Of a stretch of 64,000 bases of DNA, positions 36,064-49,607 are shown piece by piece; positions within the stretch are counted from its first letter, which is position 1; the number at the start of each line of letters is the position of its first letter. Origin of the DNA: Camelus ferus. Lineage: Eukaryota. Under the pieces are notes generated by a model, which searched no databases, was not told the origin of the DNA, and saw nothing but the letters and a program-made list of their open reading frames with translations. A program made the translations under genes and the position numbers. Where the stretch lies: positions 22,074,001 to 22,138,000 of the forward strand of contig NC_045697.1 in the NCBI RefSeq assembly GCF_009834535.1, written 5' to 3'.

Positions 36064-37173
36064 TGCAGAAAAACAGGCAGACACATTCGCAACAACCAGA
36101 GATCACTGAACAACTCGTTAACTTTCACACAACTTAGAAGACGATTTCGCTGAGTCCTCATTGTCCCCTACCACCATTTCTAGCTTGGTGATTGCAGTTA
36201 GGTCTCTGAAAAGCTTTGGAAGGAGGTTTTGATGTGCGTAAAGGAGCCCTTTCATTTAAGAAATTACTTTGCCTGGAAAATTGAAAAGTACTTTCAATAA
36301 GTCACACCATCTGCTGCTTTCATGTTAACTTAAAACTGGCCAAAATGGAATCTTCGTTCATGTGACATGTGGGTTTCACCTTCGCTTTTTTTAGCAGTGT
36401 TGTTTGAAACTGACTCTTCAAAATAGTCCTTACATTGATGAGACTGGGTTTCTGTGCATTTTTTGAAATCTAAAGTTATGGATTTTTTTTCCATATGTAA
36501 TATAAAGTTGGGTCATATATAAAGTAACAGATGCAAAACGTTTTTAACACTAGTAATACAACTGGCCAAAAAGCAGAGAGGCAGCCTTAACGGGCCACTA
36601 AGTAGGGACCCAGGTCTTATTCTGGACCTCACTATTTGAGGCCAGCAATGCCGAGAATGCTTATTCTCTACTGCTTTAGAGGATGTTAGCTAGAAGCCCT
36701 TTTTTCCTTTGTAACAGTTGGTAAAATAAATAAAATATACACTTGGTGAATCTACCATCACTGAGCTTTGGTCATGGGGGGAAATAAATCTTTCATTGCA
36801 TGCCTTGCTCTTTGAAGAGCTGAAAGAAGATAAAAACAAAGTAGAACTTTGGCTTATGGAAGTCACAGCCTTAGTAATAGCTGCGATTTCTGGGGATTGA
36901 ACTCACGCCGGAGGTTAGTAGACAGTGCTCCTTAGCTGGCACACCGAGTGCCTTTCTTCATCTTGGGAGACTTCCTCATTTCTCCAGCACTTCATACTTC
37001 GCATGTTATCACCCGTGACTCTAATTGTCCACAAAGCCAGCCAGGTGACAGGGATATCCTGTGATCTCAAGAAGCTGTGATTTCTCCTTCGTTGTGACAC
37101 ATCCTTTGCCTTATCTCACACTGTGCCATTCTTTGTGTGAGTCAATACTAACTTTCTTCCTAGGAAGCAAGTG

Positions 37174-37208
37174 CACACCACACACACACACACACACTCA
37201 CACACACA
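37174..37208. repeat. (CA)n microsatellite, interrupted
   Basis: Seen directly. Confidence 0.9.
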
Positions 37209-37654
37209 TCTTTCTCTCAACTCTTTCTCTAAATCACTACGCTGACTTCTGCCTAAATAGCTCTGAGTCCCATGAAGGTAATTAGAGAGAAGGAATTGTT
37301 ATCTTCTTTTTTATAGAGCGAAAACCCAAGGAACATAAAATTTAATTGATGTATCAGCCCACTCAGCTTGTTAGTGATGGTATAACCATCAAGCCGAATT
37401 CTCCTAGCGCTTTCTGGGAACAAGAGACAGAACAGAAAGCTATGTTCTACTCTATCTGAATGCATGTATGTGTGTGTATATATGTCCGTGCATGTGTCTG
37501 TCTGTACATATTTTGATTTTTTTTTCTCTTTTCCTTAATGTACTTTCAGAATACGTGTAGGTCCAAGCAGTTGTTGGATCATGATCTTAATAGTTTGGGT
37601 ATCAATAAATATTTGTTTGGTTATTACACCAGCGTGAGGAATGTGACATGGTAC

Positions 37655-37910
37655 TGTGTGTTTCTAAAATTTTTGACTACTCTGGACATTAAGTGATAGA
37701 ATTTCCATGGCAACCCAGTAGACCCATGGATATAAACATGTACATATAACTGCAGTATTTTCACCAGTGTTTGCTCTCACTTCATGGGACGCACACTAAC
37801 ACTTCCTCTCCTCTTCTCTCCTATATTTTTAAAATCTTGCTCACAATTTACTAAAATTATTGCATGACTCTTTAAACTCTTTTATGACCTACAAAATGAA
37901 AAGTACCAGT
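37655..37910 (+). mobile_element. MER112-like hAT MITE (degenerate)
   Basis: tttctaaaatttttgac...catggcaacccagta...tcacaatttactaaaattattgcatgac; same family as the element at 49765-50062 but in the opposite orientation. Confidence 0.5.
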
Positions 37911-38307
37911 GTAGTGGAAAAATAAGATCTATGATGCTGGGGAGTTATGGTTTCAAAGCCTCCTGGGTTCGCCATTCACTGACTGTGTGATTCTGAATAA
38001 TCAGTGAGACTCGGTTTTCCTGACTGTAATATGGGAATAAGAGCACTTTTCTTGTGGGGTCAAAGTGAATACTAAGTGATAACTGTGAGCAGATGTTCTT
38101 TCATCTTTCTTGACAGATTGGTCCCTTTTTCCACTTTCTGTCTCCTCTTGTAACTTTTCATTTCTGCAGGAGGCAAGAGGAGAAATATTTTCCCTTGACC
38201 ACCTCATTTTTTATTTATTTTAATATTATATGTTAGATATGGTGATTGCTTTTTTTCAAAACAAAAATCTAAATACCATGGCCTATGTTTTGGGTGCATA
38301 CTGATAA

Positions 38308-38495
38308 AAATAACAGCTAACATTTTTGAGCACCTGACTGCTTGTCAAACACTTGCCCATTTTTGTGAATCTTTACAGAATTCACATGAGGGAGGAACTA
38401 TCGACGTTCACATTTTACAGACAGAAGGAGGCATGAAGTTCATTGTACAAGGTCATGAGCCAGAACCCAAGCCCAAGCAGTCTGACACAGTCCGG
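38308..38495 (-). mobile_element. MIR SINE
   Basis: aataacagctaacatttttgagcacc...cattttacagacagaagg...caaggtcatgagccagaacccaagcccaagcagtctgac. Confidence 0.75.
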
Positions 38496-38539
38496 ATGAC
38501 ACACTTCTCCTTTGTTTCTCATCTACACGTTTTGATGAA

Positions 38540-38770
38540 GAGGCAGTTTACCAGAGAGCTTAAAACACATACCCCGTGGTCACATTGCCTCAGTGTGATT
38601 CCTGGCTCTGCCGCTTATTAGTGTAACACGTCAGGGAAGTTGCTGAAATTGAGTTTTCTCATATATGGTAATTTGTGTGATAGTATATATTGTGCTAAGT
38701 GAATTAAATGAGTTAATAGGTGCAAAATAGCACATGCCACATAATGAACAATATGCAAGTGTTATCATCA
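38540..38770 (+). mobile_element. MIR SINE
   Basis: gattcctggctctgccgcttattag...gagttttctcat...gaattaaatgagttaata...gtgttatcatcat. Confidence 0.75.
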
Positions 38771-38812
38771 TTTCCTCAGTCCCTTTCAAAAGAAGCCCTA
38801 TCCTCTTTTGAA

Positions 38813-38813
<1 letters not shown>

Positions 38814-38847
<34 letters not shown>

Positions 38848-38856
38848 AGAGAGAGA
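38814..38856. repeat. (TG)n(GA)n compound microsatellite
   Basis: Seen directly. Confidence 0.95.
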
Positions 38857-39659
38857 TTTGAGAGCCACCAGAGGGGTCAAAATCTTAATCTTAGCAAATA
38901 AAGCAGTGGTATGCTAAGGCAGCTGTGTCTGAATAATAATTCCCTATTAATAGTAAGGATGTCAGATTTCATGAAATAATCATTTTTTTTTCAACTTGAA
39001 TTTTTAAAGCTGAGGTTTTTATAAGCATACTTACACCATAGTGAGATTGTGTCAGGAACCAACTATGTGTATGTGTCTCTCTTCTGTTATACTGAATATG
39101 TCTCAAGTTACCTTTCTACTCCAGGAGTCCAGAACACTCAAATGTAGTAAGCACTCAATAAATGAGTGTGCAGTTTCTAATACAATGAGCCACATTTTCA
39201 AGTACCAAATGCAATTAGGGCTATAGCAAAAGGTAGACACACATTCGTTATCTAAAATATATAAGGTTTTGCCATAGTAGTTCATGGAATACATACAAGG
39301 AGCCATTCCTTTCTTTTTATAGAACTTATTTTTTTCTATAAGATATTAAACAAATGTTATTACAATTTGGTCTAATATAATTGTGTTAATTTTATATTCA
39401 ATAGTTTTGATATGGTACAAACTACAAAGGTATAAAATTCAGTTTGAAAGATTGTATGCCAGACCATGTAGGTAAATTAGCTTGAATTCAATGAAATTTA
39501 TAAGTTTATATTCAAGGGGCATTTATCTGATTTTCATAATGGAAGCAACAGTGAGCCTTTTCTTTTCTAAATGGATTTAAATAATGGCTCCACCATAATT
39601 TTAAAACTCAAACATTGAAAATAGGCACTTTCTGCGAAGTCATCTTATAAAACACAGGA

Positions 39660-40260
39660 TCTGATAAGTCTCTATATAACTATCTCCATGGGATGGAAGG
39701 ACATGTTCAACTTGACCACAAGAATGCAATCAGCAAAATCCAAGCTGAGATAATGCAGCAGCCAATAAATAAACAAATATCTCCTTTCCTCTTCAACAAA
39801 TAGGTGGCAAGACAAAAACAGTGAGATAGAATGCCTATAGATTAAGAGATACAGCAGTTCATTGCCATGTTATCATGTATGAAGCTATTTAGATTCTACT
39901 TTAAAAACATAGAACAAATCATTACATGTATGAACCAACTGGACATGTGAATAGTCACTGGATGATTGATGGTATTAAGGAATTCGTATTAATCATTTAA
40001 GAGTGATGATGATGTGGCTCGGTTAAGATAGTCCATGTTTTATAGATATAAGTACTAAAATATGGACGAAATGAAGCAGTGTCTGGGATTTACTTCCTAG
40101 TGTTTGGGGAGGGAGGAAAGTGGACAGAAGCGTGGTTAGGGCACTTTGCTCTGGGGATGACTGTTGTCATCCTGCCAGTGCACCTGCCAGTGCGTGCCTG
40201 GGCACTGCTTACATTATTTTGTTGAATTTTGTATACGTTTGAAAGCATCCATAGTCAAAC
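39660..40260 (+). mobile_element. L1MC4/5-like 3' end
   Basis: aatgcaatcagcaaaatcca...ttcaacaaata...cactggatgattgatggtattaaggaatt...gtctgggatttacttc...ttttgtatacgtttgaaa. Confidence 0.75.
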
Positions 40261-42706
40261 AAGTTTGAGAATGCTACAGATTTACTTTAGTTCTAGGCAT
40301 TAAATTGGATTGAATTAATAAATTCAAAAGTAGAGGCACTTAATCAAACATTTCTAGGGTAGTTTGAAAGTAACTGAGTGATAAAATTAAATATGGTTTG
40401 TGATATATAAAAGCAATATATTTCACTGCTGGTCTCTTTGCAAAGGGAAAAGCAATAATTATAACCTATAGCAAATTTACCTTAGACTACAGAACATAAT
40501 TTTTAAGAGAACTTTCATAGTGATGCTCTATAGCATGAGACTTGAAAAATAATATTATAATAAATTTCACAATATTACAATACAAAGAAAATGCAGAAAA
40601 TCTGCTTTGTGCTCAGCAGCAGAGACAAAAATCAGCCCTAACTAAATGAAAAATTTTAGTAGGCAGGTAAATACATAAAGAGTTTCAAAAAATAGGATAA
40701 GTGCAATAATAGAGGTGCACATTGAACGTGGAAAGATCGTGATCAATTCAGCCTAGGCATCAGGACAGACATCAAAGAAAATGTTATTATGTGATTTTGC
40801 TATGTGGTATGTGCAGCATTCCCTTGTGGTGATTTAAATTGTAAACTAAAAAGATATTGTTAGCAGACTTTCAGAAATAAGAACTGTCGAGTAAAATTTG
40901 CCATTGACCACTGTTTCTAGGGATTTCTTTTAAACAGAGAAAATGAAGATCACTGTCAAAGAGGGTTATAATTTGTATGCCAAGTGTGTCTGATTTTCAT
41001 TTAATGCAATTCATACTTATTTAATTTGAAAGATTCTGAAGCTGAGGTGATAGAAAAAATGTCCTCCACACTTAATATACTTTCACTGTAATTGCATGCT
41101 CACCATAAATACCTTAGACTAGGACATGATTTGTAGTGCACTTTGTTTTATGTGTCTCCTAAAAGATGGAATTGCATTCGATTTCATCATTTGTTACTTT
41201 TGTTGATCATTGTGTAGTCAGTATCAACTGCTGAAAATCAGATATTTTGAAAATTTACACCTAAATATATGAACAACTTTGTTCTCATGCAGAGTTGAAA
41301 ATCTTTTCAAAGAGTTAATCTATTTTGATGCACATTAATGGAGTTCAAGTCACGAGTTTATCTTAATAGTTTTCAAGGTCAGAGGGAAAATAGAATCAAT
41401 AATCTGATAGATTTCTTGGAAAAATGGCATGCATGAGATACTTAGGTAGAGGTGCGTTGTACCAGCCTTCTTGTGGAAAGCATGTTATTTCTAAGGGTAT
41501 ATTTAAAATCTTAAATTGTTGTTTCTAGGGGCACATTTAAAACCTAGTGTACGAATTCATAGCAGTGACATTTTAATCATATCATCCAAGTGAAGCAACT
41601 GATACCATTCAACAGGCAAGGTTTTCTTCACATGTATTGTAGCAGCCCTGTTAAGTGGGGTCTCCTTGTTATTAGTCATGCCAAACCAACATGGACAGAA
41701 GGTTCCCCAAGGTTGGGCACAGGCTCACAGTAGGTGCTCAATAAATGCTTGATGAAAAATCAAAACTCTCACTGTGGTCATATGAGATAATATTTTGTAC
41801 ACCCTCTGCCTGCATATTTAAAAAGATCATCTCTCCAGCCCTATTTAAATGAGGGGAGAGTCCTAAAATTACCAACTGTCATTTTGAATCATCTGTTAAC
41901 CCCTCTTCAGTCACTAAAATAATGAATTGGGTTTCTAAGTTGGTTTGATCTCATGATTCAGTAAACAATTGTATCTGTCTTACCAGAGATAGGAGAATAC
42001 ATTGATTGTGTTTTGGAAGTACATTAACCATTTTGAACCACTCAAGGAATGGGAGTAGGCTGAATGGACTGAAAGTGTTGCTTTTCTCTGGAAGGTACCT
42101 CGATTCTGCTGCTGTCATTTCAGGTTTTGGTTTTTAACATGCATTGCGGCATAGAAATGTTAAGCTTAATTTTGACATAACCCAGAGAGCCATTTCCTGT
42201 GTATAAATAAATGGAATAATTTATATAATTAGAATACCAAGTTAGATGTGGGTTAGATGTGGTTAGGATCTTGGTATCTGTAAAGAGTTCCTCTTCCACT
42301 TAATGAAGAAATGATTACTCCCTGTGAGTAAACTTACTATTGTGTCTGATCCAAATCCACTATTCTTTAACTTTAGCTAAATACAACAATAGCAGCAACA
42401 ACAAATTCCATTAGGGAAGGAGGAAACATGACCAAAGGTCACTTATTGATTAATACAGGACTCATACTTAACTACATGTTGCAACCAACTAGCTGATTGT
42501 ATGTGTTTTTGGTTTTTTCCCCCAGTTGTCAGTTGGCCGTTTTATTCTGTTGATAGTTAAATTGCACTTCCTAGAGTTTCTAGTATATAAATTACTTCAG
42601 AAAACACTACAATGATGTTGTCATTTTTCACTTTAATTTACATGAACTTACTTGCATTTCACATAGAATATATAGGAAAAGAGAGATAATCTGTCAAAAA
42701 TGTGAA

Positions 42707-42757
42707 TGTTGTAAATCAACTATACTTTAATAAAAATAAATAAATAATAAATAAAAA
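42707..42757 (+). mobile_element. Extreme 5'-truncated L1 tail with A-rich tail
   Basis: tgttgtaaatcaactatactttaataaaaataaataaat...; flanks aaaaatgtgaatgtt / aaaaagtacgaatgtt resemble a decayed TSD. Confidence 0.65.
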
Positions 42758-44915
42758 GTACGAATGTTAAATACATTAATAGGTTTTTATACGGTTTTAC
42801 CTCAAAAAATTTTTATTAGATATGAAAGAAAATTGATAGAAGTTATTATCTGTTGGTTACAAAATATGTGGAAAGATAGACTTCTTAAACTGCAAACTAT
42901 GTGAAAAGGGAAGAAAATTCAGAAGTTATTCCCAAATTAAAACTTACTTAAACTAAAACTTACTGGAATATTTTACAGTTAACTAGAAACTGAGTCAAAC
43001 AATGCTAACAGAGAAAAATAGTCACTCTAAACAGAATTGTAAAGTGGAGCCTTTTTGTATAATAAAGTGTACGGCAGAGGGGTGTGAAAATCATATATGT
43101 TAAGTAGACCAGTTGCCTTTTCTCTAATGGATTTAAATAGTGAATGATTGGTAAATGAAGATGTGAGATGAATAATCACATCCTAATATGTCATGTATAT
43201 GAATTTTCTCTTCTATATTGACTATAATGCATGTAGAATATAAAAAAGCAAAGGACTTATGTATTTATGTATATATTATTGTATTCTACTTCCCCAAATG
43301 GAAATATATCTGATGAGCCTTCTCAGAGATTAGGAAACTGGACAATTGCCAATTAAATACTGTTACTGACCCCTCCCACTGATCTGTCATCCTTGGTTAC
43401 CTAGACCACTTCCTCTTGCCACAAAAAGGCCACGATTCTTTCTGCAACTAATCCCTCTACGCATACAGTGGCTGCATCCTCGTCAAGTCTGATTAGTCTA
43501 TTGAGGTGCGATTATTACTGCTTAATATGTTATATGAATATTGTGGAGTCATTTTTCTTAAGAAATTTTTATGTTTTTCATAAGAAACTACTTTCCGTTT
43601 TACTCTTAACGTTTTGTGTCACATGCTATATAATCTTAAAATTGTAAATTTCAAATACATTGCTTTTCATGACAAAAGAAGCAGAAAATAATTTGTCTAT
43701 TAACATGATACTATTTTCAGTAATCTAAAATTTTCCAAGCTTCCATTTTCATTGTTTTTCAATGTGCATGGTAACTTAATTTACGTAAAAGATCTAACTT
43801 AAATTAAATATGTGTGAATTGGCATTCCTTTTGAATAACACTTAAATTTCAAAGTACCACCAAATATCAGTATTCAGCGCACTGCAGTGGAGGTAGGAAC
43901 ATCTGTCTTCCTGTTTCTTGATTTGCTTATGGCTATTTCCACTTTTGGATTCAAAGTCAGCAGTTTAGCACACATTCAGGCTTGCAGATATGTGAGCTAA
44001 TAGCCATGGAGAAATGTGACTGCTGTACATGTGATCTGGAAGGTTCATCTCCTGGTGATAAGGCTCATCTAGTTGAATATAAGTATATGGCAAAGAAACC
44101 TGTCATCATATTCTCAGAAACTACAATGCCACTTGTGGATTAAACCAGAGGTGAATTTCATTTGCAACAAATTGTACTATTTATTCCACTAATTCCTCCT
44201 TAAAATATTATTTCTCATTGGAAGACCAAATGCCTTCTGTATGAAAAATGGACTCTGCTGCTTACACATACCTGCTCATTATCACCATGGCTGAATAGAC
44301 TAGACCGAGTGTCTAGGGAGTGGTAAGTTTAAGTTATTGCAATTAAGCATTTGTGTAATAAATATGGTAGAAGGAGGCCACTAAAGGCTAAAGCCAGGCA
44401 TACTCCTCTAGGGGACAGTGCAGGGTACTAGGCAGATACCTGTGTGCTTCCTGGGAGAACTGAATATAGAATCTTTCAGTCTTGATAATGACATTAACTG
44501 CCTGGGCTATTTTATTTTGTTTTAAAGAAATTACTCCTGTGAGAAAAATGAGCCTCATTCTAAAGAGTCATCTCCAGGACCTCAGATGCTTCAGGTTTGC
44601 TTGGCCCCCAGTTTAGTCAGGCTTGCATTGCCATCAAACCAGACAACAGCACCCTAGAGTGAACACTTATCCCAAAGAGAAACTCTGCTAGATTAAAGTC
44701 CTATCAAATGAGGAGTTGCTAGGAGAGGACATTTTCAGTGTCTATGGCAAAAGTTTGCACTAGTAAATGATGCTTATCCGTCTTGCTGGAAATTTAGCTT
44801 CCCAGAGAAGGCCAGTCGATCAGAGTGCAGAACTGATGAGGCCAAGGCCATGGTCTAGAGACCAGTTACCTTTGGAAAAGAAGATTCTGTATATATACAT
44901 GTGTATACATACATA

Positions 44916-46160
44916 TTATTGAAGTATAGTTGATTTACAATATTAGTTTCAGGTCTGCAACATGGTGGTTCAATATTTTTATAGATTACATTCCATTCAA
45001 AGTTATTATAAAACACTGACCATATTCCCTGTGCTGCACAATACATCCCTGTAGTTCATGTATTTTATACATAGTAGTTTGTACCTCTTAATCCCCTACC
45101 CCTATCTTGCCCATCCCTCCTTCCCCTTCCACACTGGTAACCAGAGTTGTTCTCTATATCTGTGAGTCTGTTTCTGTTTTGTTATATTCCTTCATTTGTT
45201 TTATGTTTTTAGATTCCACATATAGTGATAACATACAGTATTCGTCTTTCTCTGTTTGACTTATTTCACTAAGCATAATACTGTCCAGGTCCATCCATGT
45301 TGTTGCCAATGCCAATATTTCATTTTTAATAGCTGAGTAGTATTCTTGTGTGTGTATTCCAGTAGTATTCTGTTCACCTACTGATGGACGCTTAGGTTGC
45401 TTTCATTTCTTGGCTATTGTAAATAATGCTGTTGTGAGCACTGGGGTTCATGTATCTTTTCGAAATAGTGTTTTCTTTTTCTTCAGATATATATACCCAG
45501 GAGTAGAATTGCTGGGTCATATGGTAGTTCTATTTTAGTTTTTTGAGGGACCTCCATACTGTTTTCCACAATGGCTACACCAATTTACATTCCTACCAAC
45601 AGTGTATTAGGATTCCCTTTTCCCCACATCCTTGTCAATATTGTTATTTATAGACTTTTTGATTATAGCCATTCTGACAGGTGTCAGGTGATATCTCATT
45701 GTGGTTTTGATTTGCATTTATCTGATGATTAGCTATGTTGAGAATCTTTCCTTGTGCCTGTTTGCCAGCTGTGTATCTTTTTTGGAAAAATGTCTGTTCA
45801 GGTCTTCTGCCCATTTTTAAATTGGGTTGTTTGATTTTTTTGGTATTAGTTGTATGAACTGTTTATATATTCTGGATATTAACTCCTTATTGGTCATATC
45901 ATTTGCAAATATTTTCTCTGATTCTGTAGGTTGTCTTTTCATTTTGTTGATGGTCCTTTGCTTGCAGAAGCTTTTAAGTTTAATTAGGTCCCATTTGTTT
46001 CTTTTTCCCTTTTGTCTATTTCCTTTGCCTTAGGAGATAGATCCAAAAAGTACTGCTATGATTTATGTCAAAGAGTTATTCTAGGAATTGTGTCATTTCC
46101 CATTTTACATTTAGGTCTTTAATCCATTTTGAGTTTATTTTTTGTGTGTGGTGTGAAGAT
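44916..46160 (-). mobile_element. L1 LINE, ~1.25 kb 5'-truncated (ORF2 C-terminal remnant plus 3' UTR), laurasiatherian/cetartiodactyl type
   Basis: ttattgaagtatagttgatttacaatatt... 3' end; ctccatactgttttccacaatggctacaccaatttacattcc...gccattctgacaggtg...tctcattgtggttttgatttgcatt is the antisense of the L1 ORF2 end. Confidence 0.92.
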
Positions 46161-46294
46161 TTTGAAGTCACAACTTCATTGTTTAATGTGAATATATGAT
46201 CTTGCTAACATAAGCATTGGTCACCAGAAATATTTGATGAAAAAATACAGATGTTTTAATATGGATCACACAGTTACTACTAGATGAAAAAACA

Positions 46295-46517
46295 ACTCCA
46301 AGAGTAGAATGATCCAGACCCTGGCTTTACATTGTGGCTCTGCCCCTTTCTGTTTGAGTGTTGGAAGGTTGTTCACCTCTCTGAAACTCAGATTCGTTCT
46401 CTATAAAGTGGAGGTAATAACTCATATGCCATATGGTTCTTGTGAGAAGTAAATGAAGCAACATATGTAAAACATCTAGCATTATATTTAGCAAGTTGGT
46501 AGGTGCTAAATAAATTA
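46295..46517 (+). mobile_element. MIR SINE
   Basis: ggctctgcccc...cacctctctgaaactcag...tataaagtggagg...ggttcttgtgagaagtaaatga...catatgtaaaacatctagca...gtaggtgctaaataaat. Confidence 0.8.
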
Positions 46518-49500
46518 TACTTATTTTTATTATATTGTTATTTTATTTTTGTTATAGTATTATGTCATGCATCAGTTTCATCTTTTTATACCAGGAGAAT
46601 ATATATAGCTTCTCTCTTTATAGAATTTTAAATCAATATATATTTTTAAATTTAAACAGTTATATTTTCAATGTGAACATGACAATTTCAGCAAAAATAA
46701 CAAGGACCAACTTTGTGCCAATAGCTTTGGAGGATACAAAAGAAGACAAAATCTAGTATCTTAGAGAATCTTGCAGTCTATTTAGGAAAACATGCAGTGC
46801 ATAATCTGTGTATGCTTGAGCATTTTAACATACCTCCTTGTGCATTGATCTATAATACCCGTGACCTATGATCTCAGCTATGTAAAGCAATAGATGTACT
46901 TATGTATCTTATGTAAAGTTACCAGAAAGTGCAAGTGATGTTTAAAAAATAAACACCTTATAAATAGTTTGGGTACAGGAACATGTGATATATTCTAATG
47001 TGGGACAGAGTATAGCTGTTTCTCACAGGAGTGTCTATCTTACCCTTCTCTCACCTGCTCTCTCACCATGAATGCTATTTTCCCTTATTTATTTTGCTCC
47101 CAAGAAGAGAGAGAACACTTCTTTTTTCAGATAAACAGTGGTAAAAGCTTGAGAAAGTCATTTCCTACTTTGCTACTTGCAGACCATCCAAGGTGATGGA
47201 AAATACACCCCTCCCCTCAAAAAAAGAAGAACACCGATGCCAGTTGCTCTAAGGACTGGCTTTGTCAACTTACTCAGACTCAATTTATGTGACAAATGTA
47301 CCTAAATGACAGTAAACCCATTCAGAGCAACACTGAGCGCATGGAGCGACGCAGGCAACAGCGCTGTCTGCTTTGTGCAATGAACATATCAATAATTCAA
47401 AACTCTATTGATGCTTGATTTTTTCCCCATTTCATCTAATGCATCCTACACAGAACTCTGAGTCAATGTATTCAGAGGGTTCCATACAATCTTATAGACA
47501 AGAATGATTTTCCCTACAGAAGCAGTAATGAGTTGCAGTGATCATTGTTTCTGAACTCCATGACATAATTCTAAATATTCCAATGACATTTTTTTCTCCC
47601 TTTCACTACATCATAAACAACTTCTGACTAAATCCAGTTATATTTGCATTTTGGACTATAAATTTGGTATGTCTAGAGAGCATTTAATTTACCATTTAGT
47701 TATATGGATTTGAACTGGCACTAAATTTTTGCTGTGAGGTTGGCAACTAAACAAAACATAAAATGTTATCCGTTGAAATATTTATTTATTCCAATGCAGC
47801 TTGATTGCCTTTGTTGATCTGGACAGCTATTCCAATGGTTTCCAATCTAATCCAACTGATTCTCAATGGTTTGTTTCTATAAATGTTCCCCACCACTCAG
47901 GCTCTAACCCACCACGATGATAAAAATAACAAACTATATGAACTTTGTATACTTTGAATATATAGTACAAGCTTCATCACTGGAGCAAAGAAAATTTTTT
48001 TTTTCCTTTTAGTCTTACAGATGATGAGTGATTGAGACACTAATTTAACAAATTAGGTGCAGTAAAACCACACTAATTCAGACTAATTGTGTGGAAAATT
48101 TTAATGAAGAAGTGAAAAATTTGATAAAGAAGTTTGAAATGAAGTTTTATTTCTTCAAAATATTTACTATATCTTGTACTAATAACTAATCGTGTCATTA
48201 TACTGACTTCATATGCTTACTTTTTAAAGCAAAAACATGTAAAGTATTTGCAGTTTACACTTTGCAGGAGCAGGAAGATCGGTATGCTCTGGAAACTTTA
48301 GCCAAGTGCTTCCCTTTGTTCTCCTACCTCCTGCCAGTCCTCTTGTTTTTAACACTAAATTGCCTCAGAATCTCCTTTTTAAGAGATAATGCAAATATCT
48401 AAAGGGCTTAAAGATATGAAATTTAAAAACCATTCCCTTACTTGTTATTTTATTCAGTCAACAATATTTCACATTACAGCCCACTAAACCATAGGAGTGA
48501 GTGGTTCACTAACTTGACATATTTTCTATATCGATGCCAAAGTATTTCTGGAAGTTTTTTTAAGATTATTTTAAAAAATGGAAAATATTTCTTAAGCTAC
48601 ATAGTTATCTCCTCTATTAATGTAAAATAACTGATTAATATAAATGTTTTAATAAGATCATACAAAGGTATTTGATGTGGATATTAGTTAGGAATATTTC
48701 TATCGATTATAGACTTTTAAAAGAGGGGTAAGCTTCTGTGATTCCTAAATTCTTTGACAGAAGCTGTGTGAGTTCATCATTTTGCTTTTGATGATAGAGA
48801 GTAAATATCATCAGGCAAAGCTAATTAAAACACATAATTGTTTATTCCTCTGAAACAGTCATATATGTCAATGCTGCACACAAATTAAATTTTTTTTTTT
48901 TTTTTTACTTTTAATTTTGCTACCATGGGAATGGTAGCAAAATTGCTTCTGGTTTTATTGAGGAATCATTTTGAATTTTAGCCAATTAATACAATATATA
49001 TGCTTCTTAGGCAATAATAGGAAATATCTTTACAACTTGGTAAAATCAGCTCTCAGTCCTGTAATGGCCCTCTTTACTCATGCAACTCCAGAGTACATTA
49101 GAAATGTCCTCTTTTCCCAAAAAGGTACATCTGTAGTTGAACTCTAATAAGAAAACTGAGAAGCTAAGTTTTCCAATTTTCAATAAGATAAATACGTGTT
49201 AAAAGCAGAGTTCAGTCAAACTGGTTTAATATGTGCCTATTTTCTTAGCATAAAAGTAGCCTCAGGGGGCAAAAAACTCTGCATCATGTAAACCATAAAT
49301 TGCATCTGTAGAGTTTTTTGTGTTTTTTTATTTTTGTTTTTGTTTTTTGGGTTTTGTTCTTATTGAATTGAACTCTGAGATCCATGCAAAACCTGAAGGA
49401 ATTTAAAATCCAGGAAAATCTGAAGGGGGCTGTGAATTTGTCTGGCACTCACCCTCTAGGGCCTCAGTTTATCCATCTGTTAAATGTGGTGCCAGGCATG

Positions 49501-49607
49501 GACTGAGTCCAGTCTAATGTCAAATTCAGTTCTGGTTTATAGTAGAGAAACGGAAAGGAGCAGGAAGGTAGGAGGTATGAGGGGAAGGTGAGATCAACTC
49601 TATGCGG

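Noticed and set aside
38864..38879. CTCF-like GCCACCAGAGGGGTC
   Set aside because: Lacks the conserved C of the GGC core; a single imperfect motif
40171..40195. 12-nt direct repeat cctgccagtgc x2 (similar small repeat at 42241-42267)
   Set aside because: Ordinary micro-duplications; not a CRISPR-like or structured array
44855..46033. Short ORFs at 44855, 45350 and 45827
   Set aside because: They lie within an L1 fragment and are typical repeat-derived peptides, not host genes
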